Source of the DNA: Nemertoderma westbladi | Taxonomy: Eukaryota; Animalia; Xenacoelomorpha | Direction of reading: 5' to 3' | Length of the DNA stretch: 64,000 nt | NCBI GenBank assembly: GCA_032718475.1 | Contig: JAUCBJ010004710.1 | Location: 14,493-78,492, forward strand | Made by a program: the position numbers and the translations under genes | Part shown: one piece after another, positions 16,901-32,746 of the stretch | How the letters are laid out: every line of letters starts with the position of its first letter | Position numbering within the stretch: position 1 is the stretch's first letter | The notes under the pieces: generated by a model | What the model saw: only the letters and a program-made list of their open reading frames with translations | Told to the model about the DNA's origin: nothing | Database searches by the model: none

Positions 16901-19900
16901 AATGTTACAACAAATGATACAACAAATGATACAGCAAATGATACAACAAATGTTACAACAAATGATACAGCAAATGATACAACAAATGTTACAACAAATG
17001 ATACAACAAATGATACAGCAAATGATACAACAAATGTTACAACAAATGATACAACAAATGTTACAACAAATGTTACAACAAATGATACAACAAATGTTAC
17101 AACAAATGATACAACAAATGATACAACAAATGTTACAACAAATGATACAACAAATGTTACAACAAATGATTCAATAAATGATACAACAAATGTTTCAACA
17201 AATGATATAACAAATGATACAACAAATGATACAGCAAATGATACAACAAATGTTACAACAAATGATACAACAAATGATACAGCAAATGATACAACAAATG
17301 TTACAACAAATGATACAACAAATGTTACAACAAATGATACAGCAAATGATACAACAAATGTTACAACAAATGATACAACAAATGATACAACAAATGTTAC
17401 AACAAATGATACAACAAATGATACAACAAATGTTACATCAAATGATAATCAAATGTTACAACAAATGATTCAACAAATGTTACAACAAATGATTCAATAA
17501 ATGATATAACAAATGTTACAACAAATGAGACAACAAATGTTTCAACAAATGATATAACAAATGTTACAACAAATGAGACAACAAATGTTTCAACAAATTA
17601 TATAACAAATGATACAGCAAATGATACAACAAATGTTACAACAAATGATACAACAAATGTTACAACAAATGATACAGCAAATGATACAACAAATGTTACA
17701 ACAAATGATACAACAAATGATACAGCAAATGATACAACAAATGTTACAACAAATGATACAACAAATGTTACAACAAATGTTACAACAAATGATACAACAA
17801 ATGATACAACAAATGTTACAACAAATGATACAATAAATGTTACAACAAATGATACAACAAATGATACAACAAATGAGACAACAAATGATATAACAAATGT
17901 TACAACAAATGATACAACAAATGTTACAACAAATGATACAGCAAATGATACAACAAATGTTACAACAAATGATACAACAAATGTTACAACAAATGTTACA
18001 ACAAATGAGACAACAAATGATATAACAAATGATACAACAAATGATACAGCAAATGATACAACAAATGTTACAACAAATGATACAACAAATGATACAGCAA
18101 ATGATACAACAAATGTTACAACAAATGATACAACAAATGTTACAACAAATGTTACAACAAATGATACAACAAATGTTACAACAAATGTTACAGCAAATGA
18201 TACAGCAAATGATACAACAAATGTTACAACAAATGATACAACAAATGATACAGCAAATGATACAACAAATGTTACAACAAATGATACAACAAATGTTACA
18301 ACAAATGTTACAACAAATGATACAACAAATGTTACAACAAATGTTACAGCAAATGATACAACAAATGTTACAACAAATGATACAACAAATGATTCAATAA
18401 ATGATACAACAAATGATACAACAAATGTTACAACAAATGATACAACAAATGATACAACAAATGTTACAACAAATGATACAACAAATGATTCAATAAATGA
18501 TACAACAAATGATACAACAAATGTTACAACAAATGATACAACAAATGATACAACAAATGTTACAACAAATGATACAACAAATGTTACAACAAATGTTACA
18601 ACAAATGAGACAACAAATGATATAACAAATGATACAACAAATGATACAGCAAATGATACAACAAATGTTACAACAAATGATACAACAAATGATACAGCAA
18701 ATGATACAACAAATGTTACAACAAATGATACAACAAATGTTACAACAAATGTTACAACAAATGATACAACAAATGTTACAACAAATGTTACAGCAAATGA
18801 TACAACAAATGTTACAACAAATGATACAACAAATGATTCAATAAATGATACAACAAATGATACAACAAATGTTACAACAAATGATACAACAAATGATACA
18901 ACAAATGTTACAACAAATGATACAACAAATGTTACAACAAATGATACAACAAATGATACAACAAATGTTACAACAAATGATACAACAAATGTTACAACAA
19001 ATGATTCAATAAATGATACAACAAATGTTTCAACAAATGATATAACAAATGATACAACAAATGATACAGCAAATGATACAACAAATGTTACAACAAATGA
19101 TACAACAAATGATACAGCAAATGATACAACAAATGTTACAACAAATGATACAACAAATGTTACAACAAATGATACAGCAAATGATACAACAAATGTTACA
19201 ACAAATGATACAACAAATGATACAGCAAATGATACAACAAATGTTACAACAAATGATACAACAAATGTTACAACAAATGTTACAACAAATGATACAACAA
19301 ATGATACAACAAATGTTACAACAAATGATACAATAAATGTTACAACAAATGATACAACAAATGATACAACAAATGAGACAACAAATGATATAACAAATGT
19401 TACAACAAATGATACAACAAATGTTACAACAAATGATACAGCAAATGATACAACAAATGTTACAACAAATGATACAACAAATGTTACAACAAATGATACA
19501 ACAAATGATACAGCAAATGATACAACAAATGTTACAACAAATGATACAACAAATGTTACAACAAATGATACAGCAAATGATACAACAAATGTTACAACAA
19601 ATGATACAACAAATGATACAACAAATGTTACAACAAATGATACAACAAATGATACAACAAATGTTACATCAAATGATAATCAAATGTTACAACAAATGAT
19701 TCAACAAATGTTACAACAAATGATTCAATAAATGATATAACAAATGTTACAACAAATGAGACAACAAATGTTTCAACAAATGATATAACAAATGTTACAA
19801 CAAATGAGACAACAAATGTTTCAACAAATTATATAACAAATGATACAACAAATGATACAACAAATGTTTCAACAAATGATATAACAAATGTTACAATAAA

Positions 19901-22900
19901 TGAGACAACAAATGTTTCAACAAATGATATAACAAATGTTACAACAAATGTTACAACAAATGATTCAACAAATGATTCAATAAATGATACAACAAATGTT
20001 TCAACAAATGATATAACAAATGTTACAACAAATGAGACAACAAATGTTTCAACAAATGATATAACAAATGTTACAACAAATGTTACAGCAAATGATACAA
20101 CAAATGTTACAACAAATGATTCAACAAATGATACAACAAATGATACAACAAATGTTACAACAAATGAGACAACAAATGATATAACAAATGATACAACAAA
20201 TGATACAGCAAATGATACAACAAATGTTACAACAAATGTTACAACAAATGATTCAACAAATGATACAACAAATGATACAACAAATGTTACAACAAATGAT
20301 TCAACAAATGATACAACAAATGATACAACAAATGTTACAACAAATGAGACAACAAATGATATAACAAATGATACAACAAATGATACAGCAAATGATACAA
20401 CAAATGTTACAACAAATGTTACAGCAAATGATACAACAAATGTTACAACAAATGATTCAACAAATGATACAACAAATGATACAACAAATGTTACAACAAA
20501 TGAGACAACAAATGATATAACAAATGATACAACAAATGATACAGCAAATGATACAACAAATGTTACAACAAATGATACAACAAATGATACAGCAAATGAT
20601 ACAACAAATGTTACAACAAATGATACAACAAATGATATAACAAATGATACAACAAATGATACAACAAATGATACAACAAATGTTACAACAAATGTTACAA
20701 CAAATGATACAACAAATGTTACAACAAATGTTACAACAAATGTTACAACAAATGATTCAACAAATGATTCAATAAATGATACAACAAATGTTTCAACAAA
20801 TGATATAACAAATGTTACAACAAATGAGACAACAAATGTTTCAACAAATGATATAACAAATGTTACAACAAATGTTACAACAAATGATTCAACAAATGAT
20901 ACAACAAATGATACAACAAATGTTACAACAAATGAGACAACAAATGATATAACAAATGATACAACAAATGATACAGCAAATGATACAACAAATGTTACAA
21001 CAAATGATACAACAAATGATACAGCAAATGATACAACAAATGTTACAACAAATGATACAACAAATGTTACAACAAATGTTACAACAAATGATACAACAAA
21101 TGTTACAACAAATGTTACAGCAAATGATACAACAAATGTTACAACAAATGATACAACAAATGATTCAATAAATGATACAACAAATGATACAACAAATGTT
21201 ACAACAAATGATACAACAAATGATACAACAAATGTTACAACAAATGATACAACAAATGTTACAACAAATGATACAACAAATGATACAACAAATGTTACAA
21301 CAAATGATACAACAAATGTTACAACAAATGATTCAATAAATGATACAACAAATGTTTCAACAAATGATATAACAAATGATACAACAAATGATACAGCAAA
21401 TGATACAACAAATGTTACAACAAATGATACAACAAATGATACAGCAAATGATACAACAAATGTTACAACAAATGATACAACAAATGTTACAACAAATGAT
21501 ACAGCAAATGATACAACAAATGTTACAACAAATGATACAACAAATGATACAGCAAATGATACAACAAATGTTACAACAAATGATACAACAAATGTTACAA
21601 CAAATGTTACAACAAATGATACAACAAATGATACAACAAATGTTACAACAAATGATACAATAAATGTTACAACAAATGATACAACAAATGATACAACAAA
21701 TGTTACAACAAATGATACAACAAATGTTACAACAAATGATACAGCAAATGATACAACAAATGTTACAACAAATGATACAACAAATGATACAGCAAATGAT
21801 ACAACAAATGTTACAACAAATGATACAACAAATGATACAACAAATGTTACAACAAATGATACAACAAATGATACAACAAATGTTACAACAAATGATACAA
21901 CAAATGTTACAACAAATGATACAACAAATGATACAACAAATGTTACAACAAATGATACAACAAATGTTACAACAAATGATTCAATAAATGATACAACAAA
22001 TGTTTCAACAAATGATATAACAAATGTTACAACAAATGAGACAACAAATGTTTCAACAAATGATATAACAAATGTTACAACAAATGTTACAACAAATGAT
22101 TCAACAAATGATTCAATAAATGATACAACAAATGTTTCAACAAATGATATAACAAATGTTACAACAAATGAGACAACAAATGTTTCAACAAATGATATAA
22201 CAAATGTTACAACAAATGTTACAACAAATGATTCAACAAATGATACAACAAATGATACAACAAATGTTACAACAAATGAGACAACAAATGATATAACAAA
22301 TGATACAACAAATGATACAGCAAATGATACAACAAATGTTACAACAAATGATACAACAAATGATACAGCAAATGATACAACAAATGTTACAACAAATGAT
22401 ACAACAAATGATATAACAAATGATACAACAAATGATACAACAAATGTTACAACAAATGTTTCAACAAATGATATAACAAATGTTACAACAAATGTTTCAA
22501 CAAATGATATAACAAATGATACAACAAATGTTACAACAAATGTTACAACAAATGATACAACAAATGTTACAACAAATGTTACAACAAATGATACATCAAA
22601 TGATAATCAAATGATACAACAAATGATTCAACAAATGATTTAATAAATGATACAACAAATGTTTCAACAAATGATATAACAAATGTTACAACAAATGATT
22701 CAACAAATGAGACAACAAATGATATAACAAATGATACAACAAATGATACAGCAAATGATACAACAAATGTTACAACAAATGATACAACAAATGTTTCAAC
22801 AAATGATATAACAAATGTTACAACAAATGTTACAACAAATGATACAACAAATGATACAACAAATGTTACAACAAATGAGACAACAAATGATATAACAAAT

Positions 22901-25900
22901 GATACAACAAATGATACAGCAAATGATACAACAAATGTTACAACAAATGATACAACAAATGATACAGCAAATGATACAACAAATGTTACAACAAATGATA
23001 CAACAAATGATATAACAAATGATACAACAAATGATACAGCAAATGATACAACAAATGTTACAACAAATGATACAACAAATGTTTCAACAAATGATATAAC
23101 AAATGTTACAACAAATGTTACAACAAATGATACAACAAATGATACAACAAATGTTACAACAAATGAGACAACAAATGATATAACAAATGATACAACAAAT
23201 GATACAGCAAATGATACAACAAATGTTACAACAAATGATACAACAAATGTTTCAACAAATGATATAACAAATGTTACAACAAATGTTACAACAAATGATA
23301 CAACAAATGATACAACAAATGTTACAACAAATGAGACAACAAATGATATAACAAATGATACAACAAATGATACAGCAAATGATACAACAAATGTTACAAC
23401 AAATGATACAACAAATGATACAGCAAATGATACAACAAATGTTACAACAAATGATACAACAAATGATATAACAAATGATACAACAAATGATACAACAAAT
23501 GATACAACAAATGTTACAACAAATGTTACAACAAATGATACAACAAATGTTACAACAAATGATACAACAAATGTTACAACAAATGTTACAACAAATGATA
23601 CATCAAATGATAATCAAATGATACAACAAATGATTCAACAAATGATTCAATAAATGATACAACAAATGTTTCAACAAATGATATAACAAATGTTACAACA
23701 ATTGAGACAACAAATGATACAACAAATGTTACAACAAATGTTACAACAAATGAGAAAACAAATGATACAACAAATGATACAACAAATGATATAACAAATG
23801 ATACAACAAATGTTACAACAAATGAGACAACAAATGATTCAACAAATGATATAACAAATGATACAACAAATGTTACAACAAATGATTCAACAAATGATAT
23901 AACAAATGATACAACAAATGTTACAACAAATGATACAACAAATGTTACAACAAATGTTACAACAAATGATACATCAAATGATAATCAAATGATACAACAA
24001 ATGATTCAACAAATGATTCAATAAATGATACAACAAATGTTTCAACAAATGATATAACAAATGTTACAACAATTGTTACAACAAATGTTACAACAAATGT
24101 TACAACAAATGTTACAACAAATGAGACAACAAATGTTTCAACAAATGATATAACAAATGTTACAACAAATGTTACAACAAATGATACAACAAATGATACA
24201 ACAAATGTTACAACAAATGAGACAACAAATGATATAACAAATGATACAACAAATGATACAGCAAATGATACAACAAATGTTACAACAAATGATACAACAA
24301 ATGATATAACAAATGATATAACAAATGATACAACAAATGATACAACAAATGTTACATCAAATGATACAACAAATGTTACAACAAATGTTACATCAAATGA
24401 TACAACAAATGAGACAACAAATGATACAACAAATGATATAACAAATGATACAACAAATGTTACAACAAATGAGACAACAAATTATATAACAAATGATACA
24501 ACAAATGTTACAACAAATGAGACAACAAATGATATAACAAATGATACAACAAATGATACAGCAAATGATACAACAAATGTTACAACAAATGATACAACAA
24601 ATGATATAACAAATGATACAACAAATTATATAACAAATGATACAACAAATGTTACAACAAATGAGACAACAAATTATATAACAAATGATACAACAAATGA
24701 TACAACAAATGATACAACAAATGATACAACAAATGATACAACAAATGATACAACAAATGATACAGCAAATGATACAACAAATGTTAATACAAATGAGACA
24801 ACAAATGATATAACAAATGATACAACAAATGATACAACAAATTATCCAACAAATGTTCATACAAGTGATACATCAAATGATACAACAAATGATACAACAA
24901 ATGATATAACAAATGATACAACAAATGATCCAACAAATGTTCATACAAGTGATACATCAAATGATACAACAAATGAGACAACAAATGATACAACAAATGA
25001 TACAACAAATGATACAACAAATGATACAACAAATGATACAACAAATGATACAACAAATGATACAACAAATGATACAGCAAATGATACAACAAATGTTAAT
25101 ACAAATGAGACAACAAATGATATAACAAATGATACAACAAATGATACAACAAATGATCCAACAAATGTTCATACAAGTGATACATCAAATGATACAACAA
25201 ATGATACAACAAATGATATAACAAATGATACAACAAATGATCCAACAAATGTTCATACAAGTGATACATCAAATGATACAACAAATGAGACAACAAATGA
25301 TACAACAAATGATACAACAAATGATACAACAAATGATACAACAAATGATACAACAAATGATACAACAAATGATACAACAAATGATACAACAAATGATACA
25401 GCAAATGATACAACAAATGTTAATACAAATGAGACAACAAATGATATAACAAATGATACAACAAATGATACAACAAATGATCCAACAAATGTTCATACAA
25501 GTGATACATCAAATGATACAACAAATGTTACAACAAATGTTACAACAAATGAGACAACAAATGATCCAACAAATGTTCATACAAGTGATACATCAAATGA
25601 TACAACAAATGAGACAACAAATGATACAACAAATGATACAACAAATGATACAACAAATGATACAACAAATGATACAGCAAATGATACAACAAATGTTACA
25701 ACAAATGATACAACAAATGATATAACAAATGATACAACAAATTATATAACAAATGATACAACAAATGTTACAACAAATGAGACAACAAATGATATAACAA
25801 ATGATACAACAAATGATACAACAAATGATTCAACAAATGATACAACAAATGATACAACAAATGATACAACAAATGATACAACAAATGATACAGCAAATGA

Positions 25901-28900
25901 TACAACAAATGATACAACAAATGATACAACAAATGATACAGCAAATGATACAACAAATGATACAACAAATGATACAACAAATGATACAACAAATGATACA
26001 ACAAATGATACAGCAAATGATACAACAAATGATACAACAAATGATACAACAAATGATACAACAAATGATACAACAAATGATACAACAAATGATACAACAA
26101 ATGATACAACAAATGATACAACAAATGATACAACAAATGATACAACAAATGATACATCAAATGATAATCAAATGATACAACAAATGATACAACAAATGAT
26201 ACAACAAATGATACAACAAATGATACAACAAATGATACAACAAATGATACAACAAATGATACATCAAATGATAATCAAATGATACAACAAATGATACAAC
26301 AAATGATACAACAAATGATACAACAAATGATACAACAAATGATACAACAAATGATACAACAAATGATACAGCAAATGATACAACAAATGATACAACAAAT
26401 GATACAACAAATGATACAACAAATGATACAACAAATGATACAACAAATGATACAACAAATGATACAACAAATGATACAACAAATGATACAACAAATGATA
26501 CAACAAATGATACAACAAATGATACAACAAATGATACAACAAATGATACAACAAATGATACAACAAATGATACAACAAATGATACAACAAATGATACATC
26601 AAATGATAATCAAATGATACAACAAATGATACAACAAATGATACAACAAATGATACAACAAATGATACAACAAATGATACAGCAAATGATACAACAAATG
26701 ATACAACAAATGATACAACAAATGATACAACAAATGATACAACAAATGATACAACAAATGATACAACAAATGATACAACAAATGATACATCAAATGATAA
26801 TCAAATGATACAACAAATGATACAACAAATGATACAACAAATGATACAACAAATGATACAACAAATGATACAGCAAATGATACAACAAATGATACAGCAA
26901 ATGATACAACAAATGTTACAACAAATGATACAACAAATGATATAACAAATGATACAACAAATGATACAACAAATGATACAACAAATGATATAACAAATGA
27001 TACAACAAATGATACAACAAATGATACAACAAATGATACAACAAATGATACAACAAATGATACAACAAATGATACAACAAATGTTTCAACAAATGATATA
27101 ACAAATGTTACAACAAATGTTACAACAAATGATACAACAAATGATATAACAAATGATACAACAAATGATACAACAAATGATACAACAAATGATATAACAA
27201 ATGATACAACAAATGATACAACAAATGATACAGCAAATGATACAACAAATGTTACAACAAATGTTACATCAAATGATACAACAAATGAGACAACAAATGA
27301 TACAACAAATGATATAACAAATGATACAACAAATGTTACAACAAATGAGACAACAAATTATATAACAAATGATACAACAAATGTTACAACAAATGAGACA
27401 ACAAATGATATAACAAATGATACAACAAATGATACAGCAAATGATACAACAAATGATACAACAAATGTTACATCAAATGATAATCAAATGTTACAACAAA
27501 TGATACAACAAATGTTACAACAAATGATACAACAAATGATATAACAAATGATACAACAAATGATACAACAAATGATATAACAAATGATACATCAAATGTT
27601 ACAACAAATGATACAACAAATGATACAACAAATGATACAACAAATGATACAACAAATGATACAACAAATGATACAGCAAATGATACAACAAATGATACAA
27701 CAAATGATACAACAAATGATATAACAAATGAGACAACAAATGATATAACAAATGATACAACAAATGATACAGCAAATGATACAACAAATGTTTCAACAAA
27801 TGATATAACAAATATTACAACAAATGTTACAACAAATGAGACAACAAATGATATAACAAATGATACAACAAATGATACAGCAAATGATTCAACAAATGAT
27901 ACAACAAATGATATAACAAATGATACAACAAATGTTACAACAAATGAGACAACAAATGATATAACAAATGATACAACAAATGATACAACAAATGTTACAA
28001 CAAATGAGACAACAAATGATATAACAAATGATACAACAAATGATACAGCAAATGATACAACAAATGTTACAACAAATGATACAACAAATGATACATCAAA
28101 TGATAATCAAATGATACAACAAATGATTCAACAAATGATACAACAAATGATACAACAAATGTTACAACAAATGATTCAACAAATGATATAACAAATGATA
28201 CAACAAATGTTACAACAAATGATTCAACAAATGATATAACAAATGATACAACAAATGTTACAACAAATGAGACAACAAATGATATAACAAATGATACAAC
28301 AAATGATACAGCAAATGATACAACAAATGTTACAACAAATGATACAACAAATGATACATCAAATGATAATCAAATGATACAACAAATGATACAACAAATG
28401 ATACAACAAATGATACAGCAAATGATACAACAAATGTTACAACAAATGATACAACAAATGATACATCAAATGATAATCAAATGATACAACAAATGATTCA
28501 ACAAATGATACAACAAATGATATAACAAATGATACAACAAATGTTACAACAAATGAGACAACAAATGATATAACAAATGATACAACAAATGATACAGCAA
28601 ATGATACAACAAATGTTACAACAAATGATACAACAAATGATACATCAAATGATAATCAAATGATACAACAAATGATTCAACAAATGATACAACAAATGAT
28701 ACAACAAATGTTACAACAAATGATACATCAAATGATAATCAAATGATACAACAAATGATTCAACAAATGATACAACAAATGATACAACAAATGTTACAAC
28801 AAATGATTCAACAAATGATATAACAAATGATACAACAAATGATACATCAAATGATAATCAAATGTTACAAGAAATGATTCAACAAATGATATAACAAATG

Positions 28901-29087
28901 TAACAACAAATGATACAACAAATGATACAACAAATGTTACAACAAATGATACAACAAATGTTACATCAAATGATACAACAAATGATTCAACAAATGATAC
29001 AACAAATGATACAACAAATGTTACAACAAATGATTCAACATGAAATGAAAATCAACTTGTGGCCCAAACTACAGTTGATTTCATTGG

Positions 29088-29100
29088 TTTTATTTTATTT
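29088..29100 (-). promoter_or_regulatory. Candidate polyadenylation signal of the tetraspanin (overlapping AATAAA)
   Basis: Plus-strand ttttattttattt gives overlapping AATAAA hexamers on the minus strand, ~180 nt after the stop codon. AT-rich context, so chance occurrence is possible. Confidence 0.45.
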
Positions 29101-29279
29101 GATGTACATATACATATCGGCCTACCAGTACGGTTGTTTAATATTACTTTTTGGATTTTAATAAAATATTACTTAAGATTACTATGATGATATTACTTAA
29201 ATACTACTTAAGTCTTATTAATTTTTTTAATGATAATGGCATTGTTTGAAATGTTTAGTCGCATAAGTGCCAACAGCAG

Positions 29280-29417
29280 TTAGTGACGTTTCATTGCTTG
29301 AACATCTAAGAGGGCGAGCAGTATACCAATGCAATGAATGAAGGCTCCAGTGATTGCCAAGCCACCAAGGCTGTGCAGGTTATCCTTTACAAACGTTTCC
29401 ATTTCCTTTTCACACCC
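29280..29417 (-). CDS. Tetraspanin, last coding exon (end of large extracellular loop, TM4, stop)
   Basis: ttttaag|GGG TGT ... CAC TAA translates GCEKEMETFVKDNLHSLGGLAITGAFIHCIGILLALLDVQAMKRH*; the GC motif and hydrophobic TM4 are typical; phase 0 matches the previous exon. Not in the ORF track. Confidence 0.9.
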   Translation of the reverse strand, partial: GCEKEMETFVKDNLHSLGGLAITGAFIHCIGILLALLDVQAMKRH

Positions 29418-29842
29418 CTTAAAATGAACATATTGATCGCAAGTTATTCTAGCAGAGGTCAGGTACGCCTACATTTATGGAGCATAATAAGCTAATTGTA
29501 TAACAAAGTACCCATACTGCCAATAATTTTATGTTAGGCCTACAATAGTACATTTTCAATAACTTTTCAAATTGTAGATATAGATGATAATTTTTGTAGT
29601 TAAAACTCTAAAAGGCTTATAAACGCCATCTCCTAATTAATTGATAAAATAAAGAATAAATAATTAATTGTCGCTGGCATTGGATTGTTATATTGGGACA
29701 CAGAAGCCCAGGTACTCTCACCAGATGGTGAAACTGAGTTCTCAATCAGTCTCTCAATCCTGGCTGGCATACTGCAAGGTGACACATTATTGGTGCCATT
29801 ATTATTATATTAATAATATTTTACTGTATATTGGGTTTTGCA

Positions 29843-31550
29843 TTGAGGATGGCTGCAAAGGGAGAAGATCTGGTATTCACACTACAATAACGCAGAATTA
29901 GTAGATATCCAGCAACTACAGTCACAGACACAGACTTTGCGGATGACATTGCCCTGCTTTTTAATAAGCTTTAGATGCACTACTAGGACTAGGATCGGCA
30001 TGCTGCATTGCAGCTGCATTTTTAAGAATGCTGTGTCGGCTTATCGACAAAATTGCACCGCCACAACTCCCTATCACCCATGACATTTGCTAGATCATCC
30101 GCATCTTCAAGGCCAGTGTCCTTTAAGATGCGTCTCAAGAAAGTCATGGGCTGTCCACCATGCTTATTCACTCCATGAGGCTGAGTACAAGGCAAAGTAC
30201 AAGATTATGCACTGGCTGGTCCTCACGGCGAAAGCAATGTCCTACAAAGCGGAGGCGATTTTGTTCTAGTGTCAAGCTTGGGGGAACCAATGAGACACCT
30301 CCAATGTTATATAGTGTCTGGTTGGAAATGTGTGCATTGTACTTGACACAATGAACCCGGCGTAGCATTCTTGTGAATGTGCCATCCAGAGATTTGGTGT
30401 CCTCAGCAGTTAGAGCCCAGCATGGACTTCCATAGAGGAGTACTGGAACTACTGCTGCTCTAAATAATCGGACCTTAAGTGTCCGATTAATTCTCGGTGA
30501 CTTCCAAATCCTGGAAAGCCTATTCACGGCTACCCATGCCTTTACCTTTCGTATTCGAAGGTCCTCACCTGACTTCCGGATCCATGATCCCAGGTAATAG
30601 AAGTCATCCACATGCTCAAGCATTCCATCTTTTGAGCTTATGCTCATCCGATCAGAGACTTGCTGAGGACTTTCAAAATAAACAGTCAAAATTTTGGTCT
30701 TTCTGGAGTTAATAAAAAGACCAGCTCTAGAAGCAGCATGTTCTAATGAGCTGAGGAGCCGTTGGGCTCCCTCTAGTGATTCTGAGAGTACTCCTAAGTC
30801 ATCAGCAAAGTCAAGATCAGTTAGGTACTTGGCAGGATTTCCTCGACTTCTGGAGCCAGTAGGTGGAGTTATCATCACCCCATCATCATTATGATGATCT
30901 AAGGACATGCGTAGAACATAGTCAACCACAATTATGAACAAAATTTAGATGCACAGCTTCTACTGAATAAAGTGGTGACGGCTGCTAAGGAGGTTGGATT
31001 GCAAATATATTCTACCAAGACCGAGTTAGGAATGCAAAAGCATGGGTAGCGTAGCTCTATCAAAAATGGATACCATCTGGAAATCAGATATCTTATCTCC
31101 TATCACCTGAAGACCAAGTTCACTCATGCTGATACTGAACACTGACGAAATCACTTGAACACCGAATTGATGGTTGCTACAAAAGACTACTAAGGGCAGC
31201 CCTAAACATCAGCTGGAGACAACACATGACAAACGCTGAGCACTATGGTACTACCACGTGTATCAACCACCCTCCATGAACTTAAGATTCTGAACTAAAT
31301 TAAATTAACTGAATTGAACTGAATTAAGATTCAATGGGCACTGCTGAAGAAGTGAAGACGAGGTCATACCAGATCTACTTCTCTGGCAACCAACTCATGG
31401 AAAGCGTAGTCGTGGACGACCGGCCATATCATATATAGATCAACTTGAAAGGGATACTGAACTTGGGAGAAACGAAATTGCGACAACTATCGAGAATTGG
31501 AAGCCTGGAAGGATCTAATTTATGCGGTCAGAGCTTACTCGACCTAGTAG
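29843..31550 (+). mobile_element. Old degenerate RTE-clade LINE (RT C-terminal half and 3' end) in tetraspanin intron 4, split by a younger LINE
   Basis: Reads ...YPATTVTDTDFADDIALL before the insertion and continues afterwards with stops and frameshifts (LNISWRQHMTN, LLLWQPTHGKRSRGRP), ending GACCTAGTAG. Its 3' end is near-identical to 40893-41017. Confidence 0.85.
29981..30943 (-). mobile_element. 5'-truncated young RTE-clade LINE, copy 1
   Basis: ORF 30168-30941 has RT motifs (TDLDFADDL, YYLGS, PVLLYGS, RLRFVGHCFR); TAG-type tail; 11-bp TSD TTTAGATGCAC at 29970-29980 and 30944-30954. Confidence 0.95.
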
Positions 31551-31836
31551 TGGTTAAAGATATATCTCATGTGTGGGAACAGGATGATGAGTGATGAAAT
31601 GAAAACCACGGCCTACCTTGGGACATGCACCGGAATTACTCAGCAATCTCAGTGGGGTAGCAGGAAAAGGGAAAGTAGGAAGGGGAAACAATAATATTTA
31701 ATGTTAAATTGTTCACTTTTAATGTTAAAACTAACTGGATATAGGAAAATAAAGAAGACATGTGAGAAAATAAAGCAAAATATAAAATTAATAAGAACAT
31801 AATAGTTTAATGTTTAACTCTATTCCGGGTACATAC

Positions 31837-32016
31837 CCTTGGATATGCTTCTTCCTCAGATATAACATGGCCAACTTGCTGGCAGACAGTCCGTAGCTGA
31901 GTCATACAGCAGGAGAGAGGAATGCTTCCATCATTGTTAGAATCGTATTTCCAGTACAGAGGCCCTCTCCCTTCCCCTACGTTCGCTTGATATATTTCTA
32001 GACCACAGCAATCAAA
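31837..32016 (-). CDS. Tetraspanin coding exon 4 (large extracellular loop, CCG and PxSCC motifs)
   Basis: gcag|TTT GAT TGC TGT GGT ... CCA AGG|gtatgt; FDCCGLEIYQANVGEGRGPLYWKYDSNNDGSIPLSCCMTQLRTVCQQVGHVISEEEAYPR, 180 nt. Confidence 0.95.
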
Positions 32017-32399
32017 CTGCATGTAAAAATAGGTGTGAAAAGTGAAATTCTCATACCGGTACTCTATAAAATACATTTGATTGAAGAGCAACAATTTATG
32101 GTTTATGATAAGGCCAGTCCTAAATTAAACTAATATTTTTATTTTTTATAAATTTTAAAAATAAAAAGGAATTTATTTAAGATATCATTATTGGTGTGAA
32201 CATTATATAAACATTTTATTGAATCCGAATAGCAAATAAGTTTCCATTTCGGGACTTTAAAGACTTTCACTACATTCGGTTTTGTGTTTTCCTTGACGAC
32301 TACCTTCCTCCCTCCCTACACCCTGTATATGTATTTATTATTAAAACTGATACTGGAAATCTAATTATTAATTTTTAATCTTGTAATGCATTTGCTAAC

Positions 32400-32576
32400 C
32401 TCCATTTGCAGTTTGTCAATGGCATTTGATATTTCTGTTTGACCGAATAGCCAATACTTGGGAAACTGATCTATAAAGCTTTGTTTTATAGACTCCTCTG
32501 TGTCACTGACCTTCACGATACAAGCAACTCCAGTAGAGAAGGTCACTATGGTCACCACTATAAACAGTGCGGCGTA
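32400..32576 (-). CDS. Tetraspanin coding exon 3 (TM3 and loop helices A/B)
   Basis: ttag|TAC GCC ... ATG GAG|gttagc; YAALFIVVTIVTFSTGVACIVKVSDTEESIKQSFIDQFPKYWLFGQTEISNAIDKLQME, 177 nt; DxLQ just before CCG is typical. Confidence 0.93.
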
Positions 32577-32746
32577 CTAAATTATAATTGGAGTTGATTA
32601 ATAACAAGAAGGTTGGCTTTATGGTCCTTTATTTATATAGAGATAGTAGTGGTATTGATATTCTGGCACTGTGTGTGTATCTGTGCATACTGTGGGTCTC
32701 ACAATATTTTGTTCTGCACAGAGGCTCCAAAACATGTAAGTTTACA

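Larger units (their letters stand above)
29..29040. repeat. 12-bp satellite array (consensus GATACAACAAAT; variants GTTACA-, GATTCA-, GATATA-, GAGACA-, -GCAAAT, and an 11-bp GATAATCAAAT), interrupted once at 712-1958
   Basis: Directly visible, about 2300 units. A-rich strand asymmetry, zones of pure consensus (about 13150-14500 and 25800-27080) and zones of mixed variants. Confidence 0.99.

Noticed and set aside
148-29161. Many MIQQ, LYHL and ICCI ORFs
   Set aside because: Alternative-frame translations of the 12-bp satellite.
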